Assembly (NCBI GenBank): GCA_964415355.1
Contig: CAYPYS010000001.1
Location: 145,733-209,732 of the forward strand
Direction: 5' to 3'
Length of the DNA: 64,000 nucleotides
Source of the DNA: an uncultured Planctomycetia bacterium
Lineage (GTDB): Bacteria > Omnitrophota > Gorgyraeia > Gorgyraeales > Gorgyraeaceae
The position numbers and the translations under genes were made by a program. The notes beneath the pieces are model-generated. The model had not been told where the DNA came from, did no database searches, and worked only from the letters and a program-made list of their open reading frames with translations. Positions 44,679-54,988 of this stretch are shown in pieces. Each line of letters begins with the position of its first letter. The first letter of the stretch is position 1.

Positions 44679-45275
44679 CTAGCGTTTTATCTTGAAATGC
44701 CCCAGTGCCTTTTTCAGGTCTTTCTTGTCTTTCTTAAGCTCAGAAATGACCTTCTTTATGTCCTCCTTTAAAAGCAATTCATTGCTTGAGGAACCGGAAA
44801 GTTTTTCTATCAGATCGCCCAATTTGTCCGAAACATCGACTACCTTTAAAACCCCGCTATTAAGGTCATCTGTCATTTTATTAAAAGCGGTTACAAAATC
44901 TTGAAACTGATCCTTCTTTCTTATGCTTAGGTCCGAGGCTAGCTCTCCGGAGCCGACCTTTTCGACCTGCTTCTGAAACCTATACATAGGGCCCGCGACT
45001 CTATGCGTCATGAGAATCACTATGATAGAAGTAGCTACCGCGGTCAACACACCCACTATAATGCCTCCGAATAATAAACCTGGGATCAGGTAATCTGCCG
45101 TGCTCTTCACTACCAGCCTTGAATTCTCAAAAGACGTGGTGAGCGTCTTACTTGAAAGCGCATAAAGGATCAAGCCGAAAATAATGCACCCGAGCGCGAC
45201 TAGTGCGCAAAATTTCAATATAAATTCCGATTGGAATGCCTTGTTGATAAAATAGTTCCTTCGTCTGTATTTCAT
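44679..45275 (-). CDS. membrane protein with HAMP domain only
   Basis: Two TM helices followed by a HAMP-like amphipathic region and a Lys-rich tail. Confidence 0.45.
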   Translation of the reverse strand: MKYRRRNYFINKAFQSEFILKFCALVALGCIIFGLILYALSSKTLTTSFENSRLVVKSTADYLIPGLLFGGIIVGVLTAVATSIIVILMTHRVAGPMYRFQKQVEKVGSGELASDLSIRKKDQFQDFVTAFNKMTDDLNSGVLKVVDVSDKLGDLIEKLSGSSSNELLLKEDIKKVISELKKDKKDLKKALGHFKIKR

Positions 45276-45285
45276 GATATCCTCC

Positions 45286-45849
45286 TTATTTACTTTCTGA
45301 CAACGCCTTTTTAAAAAGTTCTTCGTTAATCTTTACATTTGCTTTTTCTTTTAATTTTTCTATCCACGCATTCATTGCCTCTGTTTCCTTCTTTTGCCTG
45401 ATAGCCCTTCTTATATCTCTCTTTGTCCTTGAAAAAGGCGCTCTTTCTCCGGAATCCCTATAATATTCTTCTATTTCATTGTCATATACGTGCGAAAGGC
45501 CCGATATCTCCCTGCTTTTCCTTTCGAGCAGCAATTTCAATAGGGCCTGTTCCCAATAACTCTCGATGCTCTTCATAAAATCCTTTTCTCTGTCAAGGCC
45601 CAGACGCTGCGCCTCCTGCAGCAGGATCTCCTTTTCTATTAATCTGTCCAGATACTCCTTGCTCCTGCCTTCTTCTAAAAGTTCCGCTTCGTCGTAGGGC
45701 AGGTTTTTCAGCTCATGCCTGAAATCATCCACTGTCATATTATAATTATTTATCTTTGCCACTATCCGCTTGTCGCCTTCTTCCGTAGCACAAGAACATC
45801 CTGAAAGAATAAGAACGCTGACTAAAATACTAAAAAATACTCTCTTCAT
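45286..45849 (-). CDS. SurA N-terminal-domain-like periplasmic chaperone lipoprotein
   Basis: Lipobox LSGCSC; helical SurA_N-like region. Confidence 0.4.
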   Translation of the reverse strand: MKRVFFSILVSVLILSGCSCATEEGDKRIVAKINNYNMTVDDFRHELKNLPYDEAELLEEGRSKEYLDRLIEKEILLQEAQRLGLDREKDFMKSIESYWEQALLKLLLERKSREISGLSHVYDNEIEEYYRDSGERAPFSRTKRDIRRAIRQKKETEAMNAWIEKLKEKANVKINEELFKKALSESK

Positions 45850-45860
45850 AAGAGCCTCCG

Positions 45861-47309
45861 TTACTTTACGCCTGCTGAAAAAAGAACAGCAGGCACTGTC
45901 TTTAATAAAATTTTAAAATCCAACCCCAAAGACCAATTATCTATATATTCCAGGTCCATCCTCATCCATTTTTCAAAATCTACGCTATTCCTTCCGTTCG
46001 CCTGCCAGAAACATGTCAATCCCGGTTTCATGCTAAGGCGCCTCCTCTGCCATACTTCATATTTAGAAACCTCTGCAGGTATAGGAGGCCTGGGTCCGAC
46101 AATGGACATGTCGCCTTTTAGCACGTTGAAAAGCTGCGGCAATTCATCGAGGCTGCTCCGACGTAAAAACTTGCCGAATCCAGTGACGCGCGGATCATTG
46201 CGCATCTTAAATACGGGACCGTCCATTTCATTAAAAGAGTGAAGGGCGTCTTTTTTCTTTTCAGCCCCGTTTACCATAGTCCTGAATTTATACATTATAA
46301 ACTGCCTGCCGTTAAGCCCGCTTCTTGACTGCTTAAATATAACGGGATTCCCGTAAAACCATTTTATCGCAATAGCCAAAGCTGCAAAAATAGGGAACGC
46401 GGCAATTATGCCTACTACTGATAACATTATATCAAACAACCTCTTTAATAACAATTGCCATTCTTCGCCTATGGTTGTCTTGAACCCTAAGAGCGGAATG
46501 CCTTCTATATCGCCGGATGTCCAATGCGCTATCTTGGTATTAAAAAAATCTGTTGCCAGGCTGGCTTTTATCCCCCGGATCTCACACGCCAACAAGCTTT
46601 TCTCTATCATAGAAAGCCATTTTCTCGGAACTATAAATACCACTTCATCGATTACCTTCTCGCTAAGCAGCTCGGGTATGTCATCAAGGGTACCTATAAC
46701 CCTCTTTCCGCAAATAGTCCTTCCCAGCATATTCTTATCGGCGTCTATCAACCCGATGACCTTCAGCCCCCATTCATTATGTTTATCAATGAGTTTTATA
46801 AATTTCTTTGCCCTGCATCCCGTGCCTACCAATAAAACGTTCTTATAATTGTATCCCTTCTTTCTTAATGACCTCAGAAACGAAACAATGACCCAGCGTT
46901 CAATTATCAATAATAAAGCTGTTATCAAAAACGAAGTCAGCATTAAACTCCTGCTTACAAAACGAAATTTAAAAATAAACGCTATCGATGCAAAAATAAC
47001 CGTTACGAAGAAGCTGCTTTTTACGATCTCCCAAACGATCTCAAAAAAATGCTTTTTTCTAAAGGATTCATACAATCCCGAAGAGCTAAGGGCTGCCCAC
47101 CACACAAAAAGAACAACCGGCAATATATTCAAATAACTCGACAGAGGAGCTACCCGATCGAAGACCTGTTGCCCCGGGAACAAATCAAGCCTGTATAGTA
47201 TCTGTATATTCTGCCTGAACTTAAAGGCAGCGTAAAAGGACACGATTACTATAAATATGTCCAATATCATCAATAATTTTCTAAAAATCTTTTCTTTCTC
47301 TTTTATCAT
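45861..47309 (-). CDS. undecaprenyl-phosphate sugar phosphotransferase (WbaP/exopolysaccharide priming glycosyltransferase)
   Basis: N-terminal TM bundle, Rossmann-like linker and C-terminal bacterial sugar transferase domain (KRLFDI...LPQLFNVLKGDMSIVGPRP). Confidence 0.8.
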   Translation of the reverse strand: MIKEKEKIFRKLLMILDIFIVIVSFYAAFKFRQNIQILYRLDLFPGQQVFDRVAPLSSYLNILPVVLFVWWAALSSSGLYESFRKKHFFEIVWEIVKSSFFVTVIFASIAFIFKFRFVSRSLMLTSFLITALLLIIERWVIVSFLRSLRKKGYNYKNVLLVGTGCRAKKFIKLIDKHNEWGLKVIGLIDADKNMLGRTICGKRVIGTLDDIPELLSEKVIDEVVFIVPRKWLSMIEKSLLACEIRGIKASLATDFFNTKIAHWTSGDIEGIPLLGFKTTIGEEWQLLLKRLFDIMLSVVGIIAAFPIFAALAIAIKWFYGNPVIFKQSRSGLNGRQFIMYKFRTMVNGAEKKKDALHSFNEMDGPVFKMRNDPRVTGFGKFLRRSSLDELPQLFNVLKGDMSIVGPRPPIPAEVSKYEVWQRRRLSMKPGLTCFWQANGRNSVDFEKWMRMDLEYIDNWSLGLDFKILLKTVPAVLFSAGVK

Positions 47310-47320
47310 GACTTTCCCTT

Positions 47321-48472
47321 TTATCTGGCAGCCTTCTTTGTTTCATTCTGCAGTTTTCTTATTTCTTTTTCCCATTGATCCCATATCTTTTTAGTTAATC
47401 TTCTGTCAGGAAAACTGTTCCCGTCTATCGTAATGGGCTTCGTGGTGCCGTCTGTCCAGAATGCATTCTGTATGCCTTCGCGATTCAACCAGTTTGCCCT
47501 GTTGCCTTTGACCACATGATTCCCGCAGTAACCACGTTTGCTGTTGTCGCAAGAGTAAAATGCGACATTGCTTTGCTCCCAAGGCTCGCTGAACATCAGA
47601 TTTTCGCGCACCTCAATATGGCCCCCGCCGCTAAGACCTATACCTACCTGCCCTGGATTAACGCCGATATTCCCCACAGCCTGTTGATAGCTGCCGCCGC
47701 TATCACCAAGCATGATGAACGACCCTGAGCTTGACGGACCATGGCCGCGGGCCCTGTTATAGTCTATCTTCACAGGATCATCAGTAAGCCCATTGACCTT
47801 AAACACTGATATCCAATCCTCAACATCCTCAGCGCCAGGCCTGAGATAATCTCCTATGCGCTCCATAGAATTATAACGCACCCGAATACCTCCGCCTTTG
47901 CACTTTGCCAATTGAACAAAGTTACGCCCGGTATTGACGCCTGTATTATATTCGATGATAATCGGACCTCTGCATCTGGTGGGCAGCACGCCCGAAGAGA
48001 CACGATTGAAATAGCAATTAATGACCTTGATGTCGCGCATGCCGTCAAAGCGCACTGAACCATTTTCCTCTCCGCTTCCAGAGCCGGAGTCCCTTACTGT
48101 TACCCCGTCAATAACAACCTTCGAACCGGAATTAAAGTAGATACCATTATCCGCGTAGTTGCGCAGTTCCAGGCCTTTAATAGTTATTGACTCGGCTCTG
48201 CCGTGAAAGGCGTCACTGATTTCATTCTTGCCATCCAGGATCGCGCCTTTATCGCCGACCCATTTATTTCCCTTCTTAGGATTTATCACGCGCTGCTTTA
48301 CATGAATGCCTGAGGCAACGCGAAAAACCGTACCGCCAGGATACGCATCTTGTATCTGCTGGAAATCATCGCCGACCTTTATCAATACGCCACCCCTGTG
48401 ATCGGCCAGCGAAAATCCACAAAACAAAGCTATCGTAAAAAACAACAAAGAATATTTCAGAAATACCCTCAT
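47321..48472 (-). CDS. right-handed parallel beta-helix repeat protein (putative polysaccharide-modifying enzyme)
   Basis: Signal peptide and Gly/Asn-rich beta-helix repeat pattern. Confidence 0.5.
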   Translation of the reverse strand: MRVFLKYSLLFFTIALFCGFSLADHRGGVLIKVGDDFQQIQDAYPGGTVFRVASGIHVKQRVINPKKGNKWVGDKGAILDGKNEISDAFHGRAESITIKGLELRNYADNGIYFNSGSKVVIDGVTVRDSGSGSGEENGSVRFDGMRDIKVINCYFNRVSSGVLPTRCRGPIIIEYNTGVNTGRNFVQLAKCKGGGIRVRYNSMERIGDYLRPGAEDVEDWISVFKVNGLTDDPVKIDYNRARGHGPSSSGSFIMLGDSGGSYQQAVGNIGVNPGQVGIGLSGGGHIEVRENLMFSEPWEQSNVAFYSCDNSKRGYCGNHVVKGNRANWLNREGIQNAFWTDGTTKPITIDGNSFPDRRLTKKIWDQWEKEIRKLQNETKKAAR

Positions 48473-49920
48473 AAACCGATCTCCTTGACAAATTCTATGT
48501 TATTCTTCCATCCATAGTGCGGCTTAAAGGCCAGACACCTGCCTTTGATATCTTTCAGAGGCTTATCCCAATCCTCTACGTTAGACACGCAGCTAGTTTC
48601 TCTAAGATCAAAATTGCAAAGCTTATCCAGGTTTTCTTTTGATATCTTCTTGAACTTAGGTATCTTCATGGGATCAAAACCCATAAGCCTGCTTGTGACC
48701 GCGTCTACTAAAAAACTGTTTAAGCCAGCCACCAACACCCCGCATGGTTTAACTATAGGATTGGCAGGACCGACTCCCTCCCCTGCTACGATGCCATCCA
48801 CGACTACAAATATATTGCGCTGAGGTTCTTTTTTTAAATTCCCTTTTTTATCAGCGTAAGAAACTATACGGGCAAGGTCTATAATAGTCCTCCAGATTAT
48901 ATCATTGCCATGCCAGTATCCTTTTTTAATACATGAATCTGTGACTCCAATAAAATATCTTAGATCATCCATGACCGGCACAAGAAAATCTCCCAGATAC
49001 CTCTTCAATAACATGACCATTCTTTTTTTGAATCCGCGGGATGCGCCTTTAATGTCGCTGCAGGCCCCGTTGGAACATGACCTATTCGCGTGCGGCAGCC
49101 AATCCCTGTCCCCGGTTATACCTACCATGTTTTTAAGGCCAAGAGTGACGCCGGCTCTTTTGTGAGTTTTCATCTTTGGAAGATTCAATATAACATCTGC
49201 CTCCAATAATGTATTCGATATTAGATATTCACTCTTATCTTTATTGTGATGGAGATGTAATATTTCCGGTCTAAAATTAGGCCCGTCCAAAGATCTGCAG
49301 TCCATGCCGTTTTTCTTGAATTCGCTATTCAAGCCCAGATCTACTCTTGCGTAACCAGCAGGATCCCCCTTAAGCTTGATCGTCTCAACCGCAACTCCGT
49401 TCTTTCTTACGACCCTTTCCTGTCTTAGGTCATATATCTCGATGTTAAAATCAGAATTTTTCCTGTAAAATTCTTTGATCTCGTATAAACCTGAAATCTT
49501 GGTTATCTTTTCAAAATCAGCCTCATCCATAGGCCCGTCTGCTATTATAATCCTGCCTTTCCCTTTTAATGCGATGTACGCATAATCCGCTACTGCCCTG
49601 ATCAAAGACCCATGCGTGATCAAGGCCTTTGTGCCGCCAGCCCTCCCGCTAAAATGTCTCATAAAATTCGGCTTTATGAGCACATTTTGTCCCGGCAATA
49701 TAAAGGAGCCAAATGGATTCCAATCCCCTGTGCCAAAATTATCCAGATCCAGCCCCATAAGTTTAAATAACTCTCTACAGGACACATAGACCTCGTTCCT
49801 CTTATCCACTACACTGCCCTCCTTAAAAGGGTATTCCTCGAATATGAACGGAGGGTTATAGGGCGGCTTTTTTGAATATTTTGCCCTATTCTGTTTGTAG
49901 ATACCGACCTTATGTCTCAT
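48469..49920 (-). CDS. DUF362-like domain protein
   Basis: 483 aa with LIKPN and KTH...GLKN motifs reminiscent of DUF362. Confidence 0.35.
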   Translation of the reverse strand: MRHKVGIYKQNRAKYSKKPPYNPPFIFEEYPFKEGSVVDKRNEVYVSCRELFKLMGLDLDNFGTGDWNPFGSFILPGQNVLIKPNFMRHFSGRAGGTKALITHGSLIRAVADYAYIALKGKGRIIIADGPMDEADFEKITKISGLYEIKEFYRKNSDFNIEIYDLRQERVVRKNGVAVETIKLKGDPAGYARVDLGLNSEFKKNGMDCRSLDGPNFRPEILHLHHNKDKSEYLISNTLLEADVILNLPKMKTHKRAGVTLGLKNMVGITGDRDWLPHANRSCSNGACSDIKGASRGFKKRMVMLLKRYLGDFLVPVMDDLRYFIGVTDSCIKKGYWHGNDIIWRTIIDLARIVSYADKKGNLKKEPQRNIFVVVDGIVAGEGVGPANPIVKPCGVLVAGLNSFLVDAVTSRLMGFDPMKIPKFKKISKENLDKLCNFDLRETSCVSNVEDWDKPLKDIKGRCLAFKPHYGWKNNIEFVKEIGL

Positions 49921-49931
49921 TTAATCCTCTC

Positions 49932-50897
49932 TCAATGCTTCAATGAATATAAAGAAACTGAACTCGCAAAAAGGGTCCTGTTTAAAAGAAAGCTCACGTC
50001 TATGCATCTCAATGAAAATCTATCGGTGTTCCTGCAATTAGATCCTTTAATACATGCCCTGGCGTAATCAAAACCCGCATCCTTGACGATATCCTTAACC
50101 CTTTCATCGTATATGCCGAATGGATAGCAGAACCCTATTTTTTTTAACCCTAACTTTTTCTCCAGTTCCAGTTTAGAATCCGCGAGCTCCCTGCGTATCT
50201 CACTGTCTTCCATAAGGCATAAGTTCCTATGGGTCTTTGTGTGCGAACCAAAATCTATCCCTGACGCTGCCATTTCTTTAATCTGTTGCCAGCCGAGCAT
50301 CTGGTTAGGAGTTATTTTTTTATCTATCCGATACTGTTTTTTCAGGCCGTCTATAAAATCTCTTATCTCGGGTTCCTTCTTATTCATAAGAAAATTGTTT
50401 ATCCTGGCGGCTCTATGCGCATCTTTGAGTATGTTGTTAGACTTAAAACCGTGACATTTCCGTCCGGAACACTTCATTATCTGAAAAACCTCATCCCACC
50501 AAAAAAGATGGTTCTGGCCTATAAAATCCGTCGTAAGAAATATGGTCGCGGTCAAACCATGCTTCTTGATAACAGGAAATGCGTGCTCATAGTTATCCAT
50601 ATAGCCATCGTCCAGATTAATGGATACATAAATACCCTTGCTTCTTTCTTCAGAAACCAAATCCAGTCCGTCTGTCATGTTTACGACCTTAAAATTATCT
50701 TTTATGAATTTCAGGTGTTCTTCGAAAACATCGACAGGTACACCCATATATTCATACGAATCTATCGACGGGGCAATCCTGTGGTAAACTATATTTAATA
50801 AAAGAGGGTGCCTGTGATTGCGTAACAACCAGAGCATGTACCTCTCCATCCCGGAATAATGATGTATGTATCCAGCTATATCCTTTATTGCCCTCAT
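49932..50897 (-). CDS. polysaccharide deacetylase (NodB-type)
   Basis: NLDDGY and HGLTATIFL NodB motifs. Confidence 0.7.
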   Translation of the reverse strand: MRAIKDIAGYIHHYSGMERYMLWLLRNHRHPLLLNIVYHRIAPSIDSYEYMGVPVDVFEEHLKFIKDNFKVVNMTDGLDLVSEERSKGIYVSINLDDGYMDNYEHAFPVIKKHGLTATIFLTTDFIGQNHLFWWDEVFQIMKCSGRKCHGFKSNNILKDAHRAARINNFLMNKKEPEIRDFIDGLKKQYRIDKKITPNQMLGWQQIKEMAASGIDFGSHTKTHRNLCLMEDSEIRRELADSKLELEKKLGLKKIGFCYPFGIYDERVKDIVKDAGFDYARACIKGSNCRNTDRFSLRCIDVSFLLNRTLFASSVSLYSLKH

Positions 50898-52078
50898 AGA
50901 AACCTCTGCTTCGCCTCTTTCAATATTCTATAGACAATTGTGTTCTTTTTTATATTCTCTTTTACGCATTTAAACCCCATGCATAAAAGATAAAGAACCC
51001 TGCCATAAAAACCCTTTTTAAAAATTCTTACTCTCCCGTGAGTCCTGAAATCCTGCGTAAACCTGGTTTTCCACTTCTCCTCTCCTCTGCCGAAATCTAT
51101 CTCTCTTATGCCTCTTGGAATAGAATCTTCTATGTTCCACAACATGAGCATAGTCCCCGGAGAAAGGTACGAATATCTAGAATCAAACTCCACGCTATAG
51201 TTATATATCCTGTTGTTGTGCAAAAAATTATATATATATGCTATGGGTATATTATTCATCCTGAGAATCGATATATCCAGACATCCGGACCCTGGGGTTT
51301 TAAAAAACATCTCCCTGTGGAAATCCCTGTCATAGTCTTTCAGGAACACGCTTTTCTGTCTTCTCCCCTTCCAGCTGCGCTTTGATATAAACTCTATATC
51401 ACGGAACAGGTTCTCTTTTACTTCATCATGCGCGTAACGCCTGAATTTCAGGTTGGCCCAGGCATTACTATTGGATTTTTTAATCTTTCTATGCAATTTT
51501 TTAGAATTCCTCTTTAGAAACAGCTCTGAATCAGAGTCTAATTTAATAAAAAAAGATCTGGTGCTATTACTTGATATATATTTGAGCCTGCGTGACTTAA
51601 CCCAATTTTGTATCAGCTCTACGGTTCCGAAGGACGTCGCCATCTCCTGAAAATCCAGAAAATCCCAATCTGCGCTCATCTCCATAAGATAATCCATTAT
51701 AGGTGGTACACATCTTTCTCTGGGCGCATCCAGGATAAAATCCATTCTGTCTGATACAGTGGTCCCTATGAAACAAACAGACCTTGCATGAGCCCCCATA
51801 AAATCATATCTTCTGATCATAAGGGGGGCAATGCCGACCAATATCTCGCCGTCAAATACAGTCAATACAACAAGCCTGTTGCCGTTACAGCAGTTCCTTA
51901 TATAAGAATCCATCCAGTCATGTGTAAGGAATATATTATCCACTTTGCTCCTTGATATGAGATCGTCCCATGCCTCTCTCATATCCCTGAACTTTTTATA
52001 ACTGGAAATCTCTTTTATCTCTAACATGTCTATCCTTTGTAAATAATTTCTTTGGCCTCTATCCGGCTCTCTATCCAA
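50894..52078 (-). CDS. GNAT/FemAB-CelD-like acyltransferase
   Basis: 394 aa with a C-terminal acetyltransferase-like fold; located in the EPS cluster. Confidence 0.45.
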   Translation of the reverse strand: MDREPDRGQRNYLQRIDMLEIKEISSYKKFRDMREAWDDLISRSKVDNIFLTHDWMDSYIRNCCNGNRLVVLTVFDGEILVGIAPLMIRRYDFMGAHARSVCFIGTTVSDRMDFILDAPRERCVPPIMDYLMEMSADWDFLDFQEMATSFGTVELIQNWVKSRRLKYISSNSTRSFFIKLDSDSELFLKRNSKKLHRKIKKSNSNAWANLKFRRYAHDEVKENLFRDIEFISKRSWKGRRQKSVFLKDYDRDFHREMFFKTPGSGCLDISILRMNNIPIAYIYNFLHNNRIYNYSVEFDSRYSYLSPGTMLMLWNIEDSIPRGIREIDFGRGEEKWKTRFTQDFRTHGRVRIFKKGFYGRVLYLLCMGFKCVKENIKKNTIVYRILKEAKQRFL

Positions 52079-53013
52079 CTATATGTTTCAGCAAGCCCTT
52101 CCTCCAGGCTTACCTTCGGCCCCCAATCTAAAATTCTATGCTGGATAGAATTATCGGAATTTCGGCCTCGTACCCCCTGGGGTTTGCTTAGATCATAGAT
52201 CTTGCTTAGCTTCTTGCCTGATATTTTTATTATCATATCCGCAAGTTCATCTATCGTAACCATGCGGTCAGAACCAATATTAATCGGCTGTCTGTAATCC
52301 GAACGCATCAACCTGTAAAAACCCTCCAGGCAATCATCGATATAACAATATGATCTGGTCTGCTTGCCGTCGCCCCATATTTCAATTGCTTCGCCGTCTC
52401 CGGCAGAAGCGACCTTCCTGCAGATTGCAGCGGGTGATTTTTCTCTCCCTCCTTTGTAATCGCCCTCTGGGCCAAAGATATTATGAAATCTTGCGATCCT
52501 TGTATCCAGTCCGTAATCCAGGTAATAATCAATGCACAGCCTTTCACTAAAAAGTTTCTCCCAGCCATATTCGTTGTCAGGCTCGGCAGGATATGCATCG
52601 GATTCTTTAAGTCCCGCGATATCCGGTTTTTGCTGTTTAAATACTGGATATATGCAGGCGGACGAAGAAAAAAAGAATTTTTTTATCTTATTGGTGCGTG
52701 ACGCCTCAAGCATATGGGTATTTATAAGCACGTTATCCCTCATTATCTCTGCCTTTGCCTGTGTAATAAATCCTATCCCACCCATATTGGCGGCAAGATT
52801 ATACACCTCATCCACGCCTTCTGTGACACGCAGGCAGTTTTCCCATTTTCTCAGGTCGAGGAGCAGGAATTCGTCTGCCGCGCTCTCGCTGTATTGTGGC
52901 TTTTTAATATCGACCCCGCGCACCCAATATCCTTTTTTAATCAGAAATTTTACCAGGTGGCTTCCAATAAACCCTCCCGCGCCCGTAACTACGATCCTTG
53001 TTCTTTTTTTCAT
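52030..53013 (-). CDS. NAD-dependent sugar-nucleotide epimerase/dehydratase (SDR)
   Basis: Rossmann VTGAGGFIGSHL; YxxxK catalytic motif region. Confidence 0.75.
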   Translation of the reverse strand: MKKRTRIVVTGAGGFIGSHLVKFLIKKGYWVRGVDIKKPQYSESAADEFLLLDLRKWENCLRVTEGVDEVYNLAANMGGIGFITQAKAEIMRDNVLINTHMLEASRTNKIKKFFFSSSACIYPVFKQQKPDIAGLKESDAYPAEPDNEYGWEKLFSERLCIDYYLDYGLDTRIARFHNIFGPEGDYKGGREKSPAAICRKVASAGDGEAIEIWGDGKQTRSYCYIDDCLEGFYRLMRSDYRQPINIGSDRMVTIDELADMIIKISGKKLSKIYDLSKPQGVRGRNSDNSIQHRILDWGPKVSLEEGLAETYSWIESRIEAKEIIYKG

Positions 53014-53789
53014 GACTCGCTCCTTATCTCTTGATTTTTTCTGCTAAACAGTTCTTTTATCAGCCAGTATATCAGCATGGAATTGCCTATCAAATAGCGT
53101 TTCCAGAGCCTTCGCGGCTCGACAAGCAGTCTGAAAAGCCATTCCAATCCGGCATTCTGCATAAACTCTGGCGCTTCCTTAAGGTTCCCTGCGTGAAAAT
53201 CAAATGCAGCGCCAACGCCTATCAAGATAGACGCATTTAACTTATCTCTGTGTTCATACATCCAGATCTCCTGCTTAGGCGTACTCAGCCCTACCCATAC
53301 AATATCTGCTCCCGACGAATTAATGGCCCTGCATGCCTTCTTATCTTCTTCCTCGCTCAATTTTCTAAACGGAGGGCAATAAGTCTCTGTTATTTTTACT
53401 CCCGGAAATTTATTTTCAAATACAGCTTTAAGCTGTTCGGCCACGCCTTCTTTGCCCCCGTAGAAAAAATGTCTATATCCTTTCTTAAAGGTATTCTCAA
53501 AAAATGTATGCATAAAAGTCCTGCCGCAGGTTCTTTTCTTAATGGCCTTTGCCCCTTTAAGCCTGCTGATCCATACAAGAGGCATTCCGTCCGGCAGGGC
53601 TAAAAAGGCTGAATTCGATACCTTTTTAAAATAACTGTCCCTTTGAGCGTTGACAAGATTATTGGCGCTCATAAGAGTCACGTAGACAGCAGGGTCTTTT
53701 TTCTGGATCTGCTTCTCTACCTCACTGACAGCGGATCTATAATCTTCTATATTTACCTTTAACCCTAAAATCTCAACGATCTTTTTCAT
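53010..53789 (-). CDS. WecB/TagA/CpsF-family glycosyltransferase
   Basis: 259 aa with family-typical motifs. Confidence 0.65.
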   Translation of the reverse strand: MKKIVEILGLKVNIEDYRSAVSEVEKQIQKKDPAVYVTLMSANNLVNAQRDSYFKKVSNSAFLALPDGMPLVWISRLKGAKAIKKRTCGRTFMHTFFENTFKKGYRHFFYGGKEGVAEQLKAVFENKFPGVKITETYCPPFRKLSEEEDKKACRAINSSGADIVWVGLSTPKQEIWMYEHRDKLNASILIGVGAAFDFHAGNLKEAPEFMQNAGLEWLFRLLVEPRRLWKRYLIGNSMLIYWLIKELFSRKNQEIRSES

Positions 53790-53807
53790 GATCTCGGATA
53801 TCTCTCC

Positions 53808-54983
53808 CTAGCCTATCGCCTTTTTATATATAACCATCAGCCTATCGTAGTGTTTCTCCGGGCCATACTTCTCTTTTGCGCATTTATAAGCATACTTGCC
53901 CATTTGCAATGCCATGTCGGGATTGCTGCTTGCGTATTCCATTTTTTCAGTCAGATCATACGCATTGCCCGGTTCAAACAAAAATCCGTTTTTCCCGTCT
54001 TCAACCACTTCAGGCAATCCGCCAGCCTTGGAGGCTATAACCGGCGTCCCCACAGAAAAACTTTCCAGGATCGACATCGGGAAATTATCATAACACTCCG
54101 AAGGGACGATGTTGAATCTTGCCTTCTGCAGGATTCCAAATCTTTTATCCCCCGGTATATATCCCAAAAATTCTATGCCTGATATATTATTTTTAGCGAC
54201 GTAGCCCTGCAGTTCATCTTCCAAGGGACCTTTTCCTACGATCTTCAATTTTAGTTTGCGTATTTTCCGAAAAACCCTTAACAATGTCACCAGCCCTTTT
54301 TCTTTTGAAACGCGCCCCATAAAAACAGCGTAATCTTCTTTTTTATTATAGTCGGGGGACATCTCTTCCTGAGGCAGGAAATTTTCCTCTACTTCTATCT
54401 TTTCCTCGGGAAACCCGGCTTTAACGAACTTATCCTTTGCGAAACAGGATAATACTATAAACCTGTCTATCTTTTTCTCAAAAGTCCTTATCTTCCTATG
54501 GAGCCAGAAAGTCAATGCGTACAATCCAGATAAGAGAAAACTATCTTTGTAACATTTATGAAAAAAACAGTTAAACGTATTGCCTCCTTTACACTTCTCG
54601 CAAACAGCATTATTCCTATAAAAAAGTCCGTTCGGGCATAGAAAACGGTAATTATGCACTGATTGCACGATTGGTATCCTTCGCCGCTTCAGGCAATAAT
54701 ATACGGAAGGCGATATCACGGGAAAGACATTATGTATATGAGCGACATCGGGCCTCTCGCCATCGATCAACTTATTCATCTCTTTAAGCGTCCTGCGCGA
54801 ATAAACAGTTTCCGCGAGAAATCCGATCTTTTTTATAAGGTTGTATCCTTTTATATCGTTATTATGCATCGTGTATCGAACGACGCTGTGCCCGTTCGCC
54901 TCGAGCAGCCTGCGCTCAGAGTCCACAACCCTGTCTTCGCCTCCGGGAATCTGATAGAAATTATGTATTTGCAGTATGTGCAT
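53808..54983 (-). CDS. glycosyltransferase family 4
   Basis: GT-B GT4 C-terminal motifs (GGLPEVVEDGKNGFL). Confidence 0.7.
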   Translation of the reverse strand: MHILQIHNFYQIPGGEDRVVDSERRLLEANGHSVVRYTMHNNDIKGYNLIKKIGFLAETVYSRRTLKEMNKLIDGERPDVAHIHNVFPVISPSVYYCLKRRRIPIVQSVHNYRFLCPNGLFYRNNAVCEKCKGGNTFNCFFHKCYKDSFLLSGLYALTFWLHRKIRTFEKKIDRFIVLSCFAKDKFVKAGFPEEKIEVEENFLPQEEMSPDYNKKEDYAVFMGRVSKEKGLVTLLRVFRKIRKLKLKIVGKGPLEDELQGYVAKNNISGIEFLGYIPGDKRFGILQKARFNIVPSECYDNFPMSILESFSVGTPVIASKAGGLPEVVEDGKNGFLFEPGNAYDLTEKMEYASSNPDMALQMGKYAYKCAKEKYGPEKHYDRLMVIYKKAIG

Positions 54984-54988
54984 CTTAC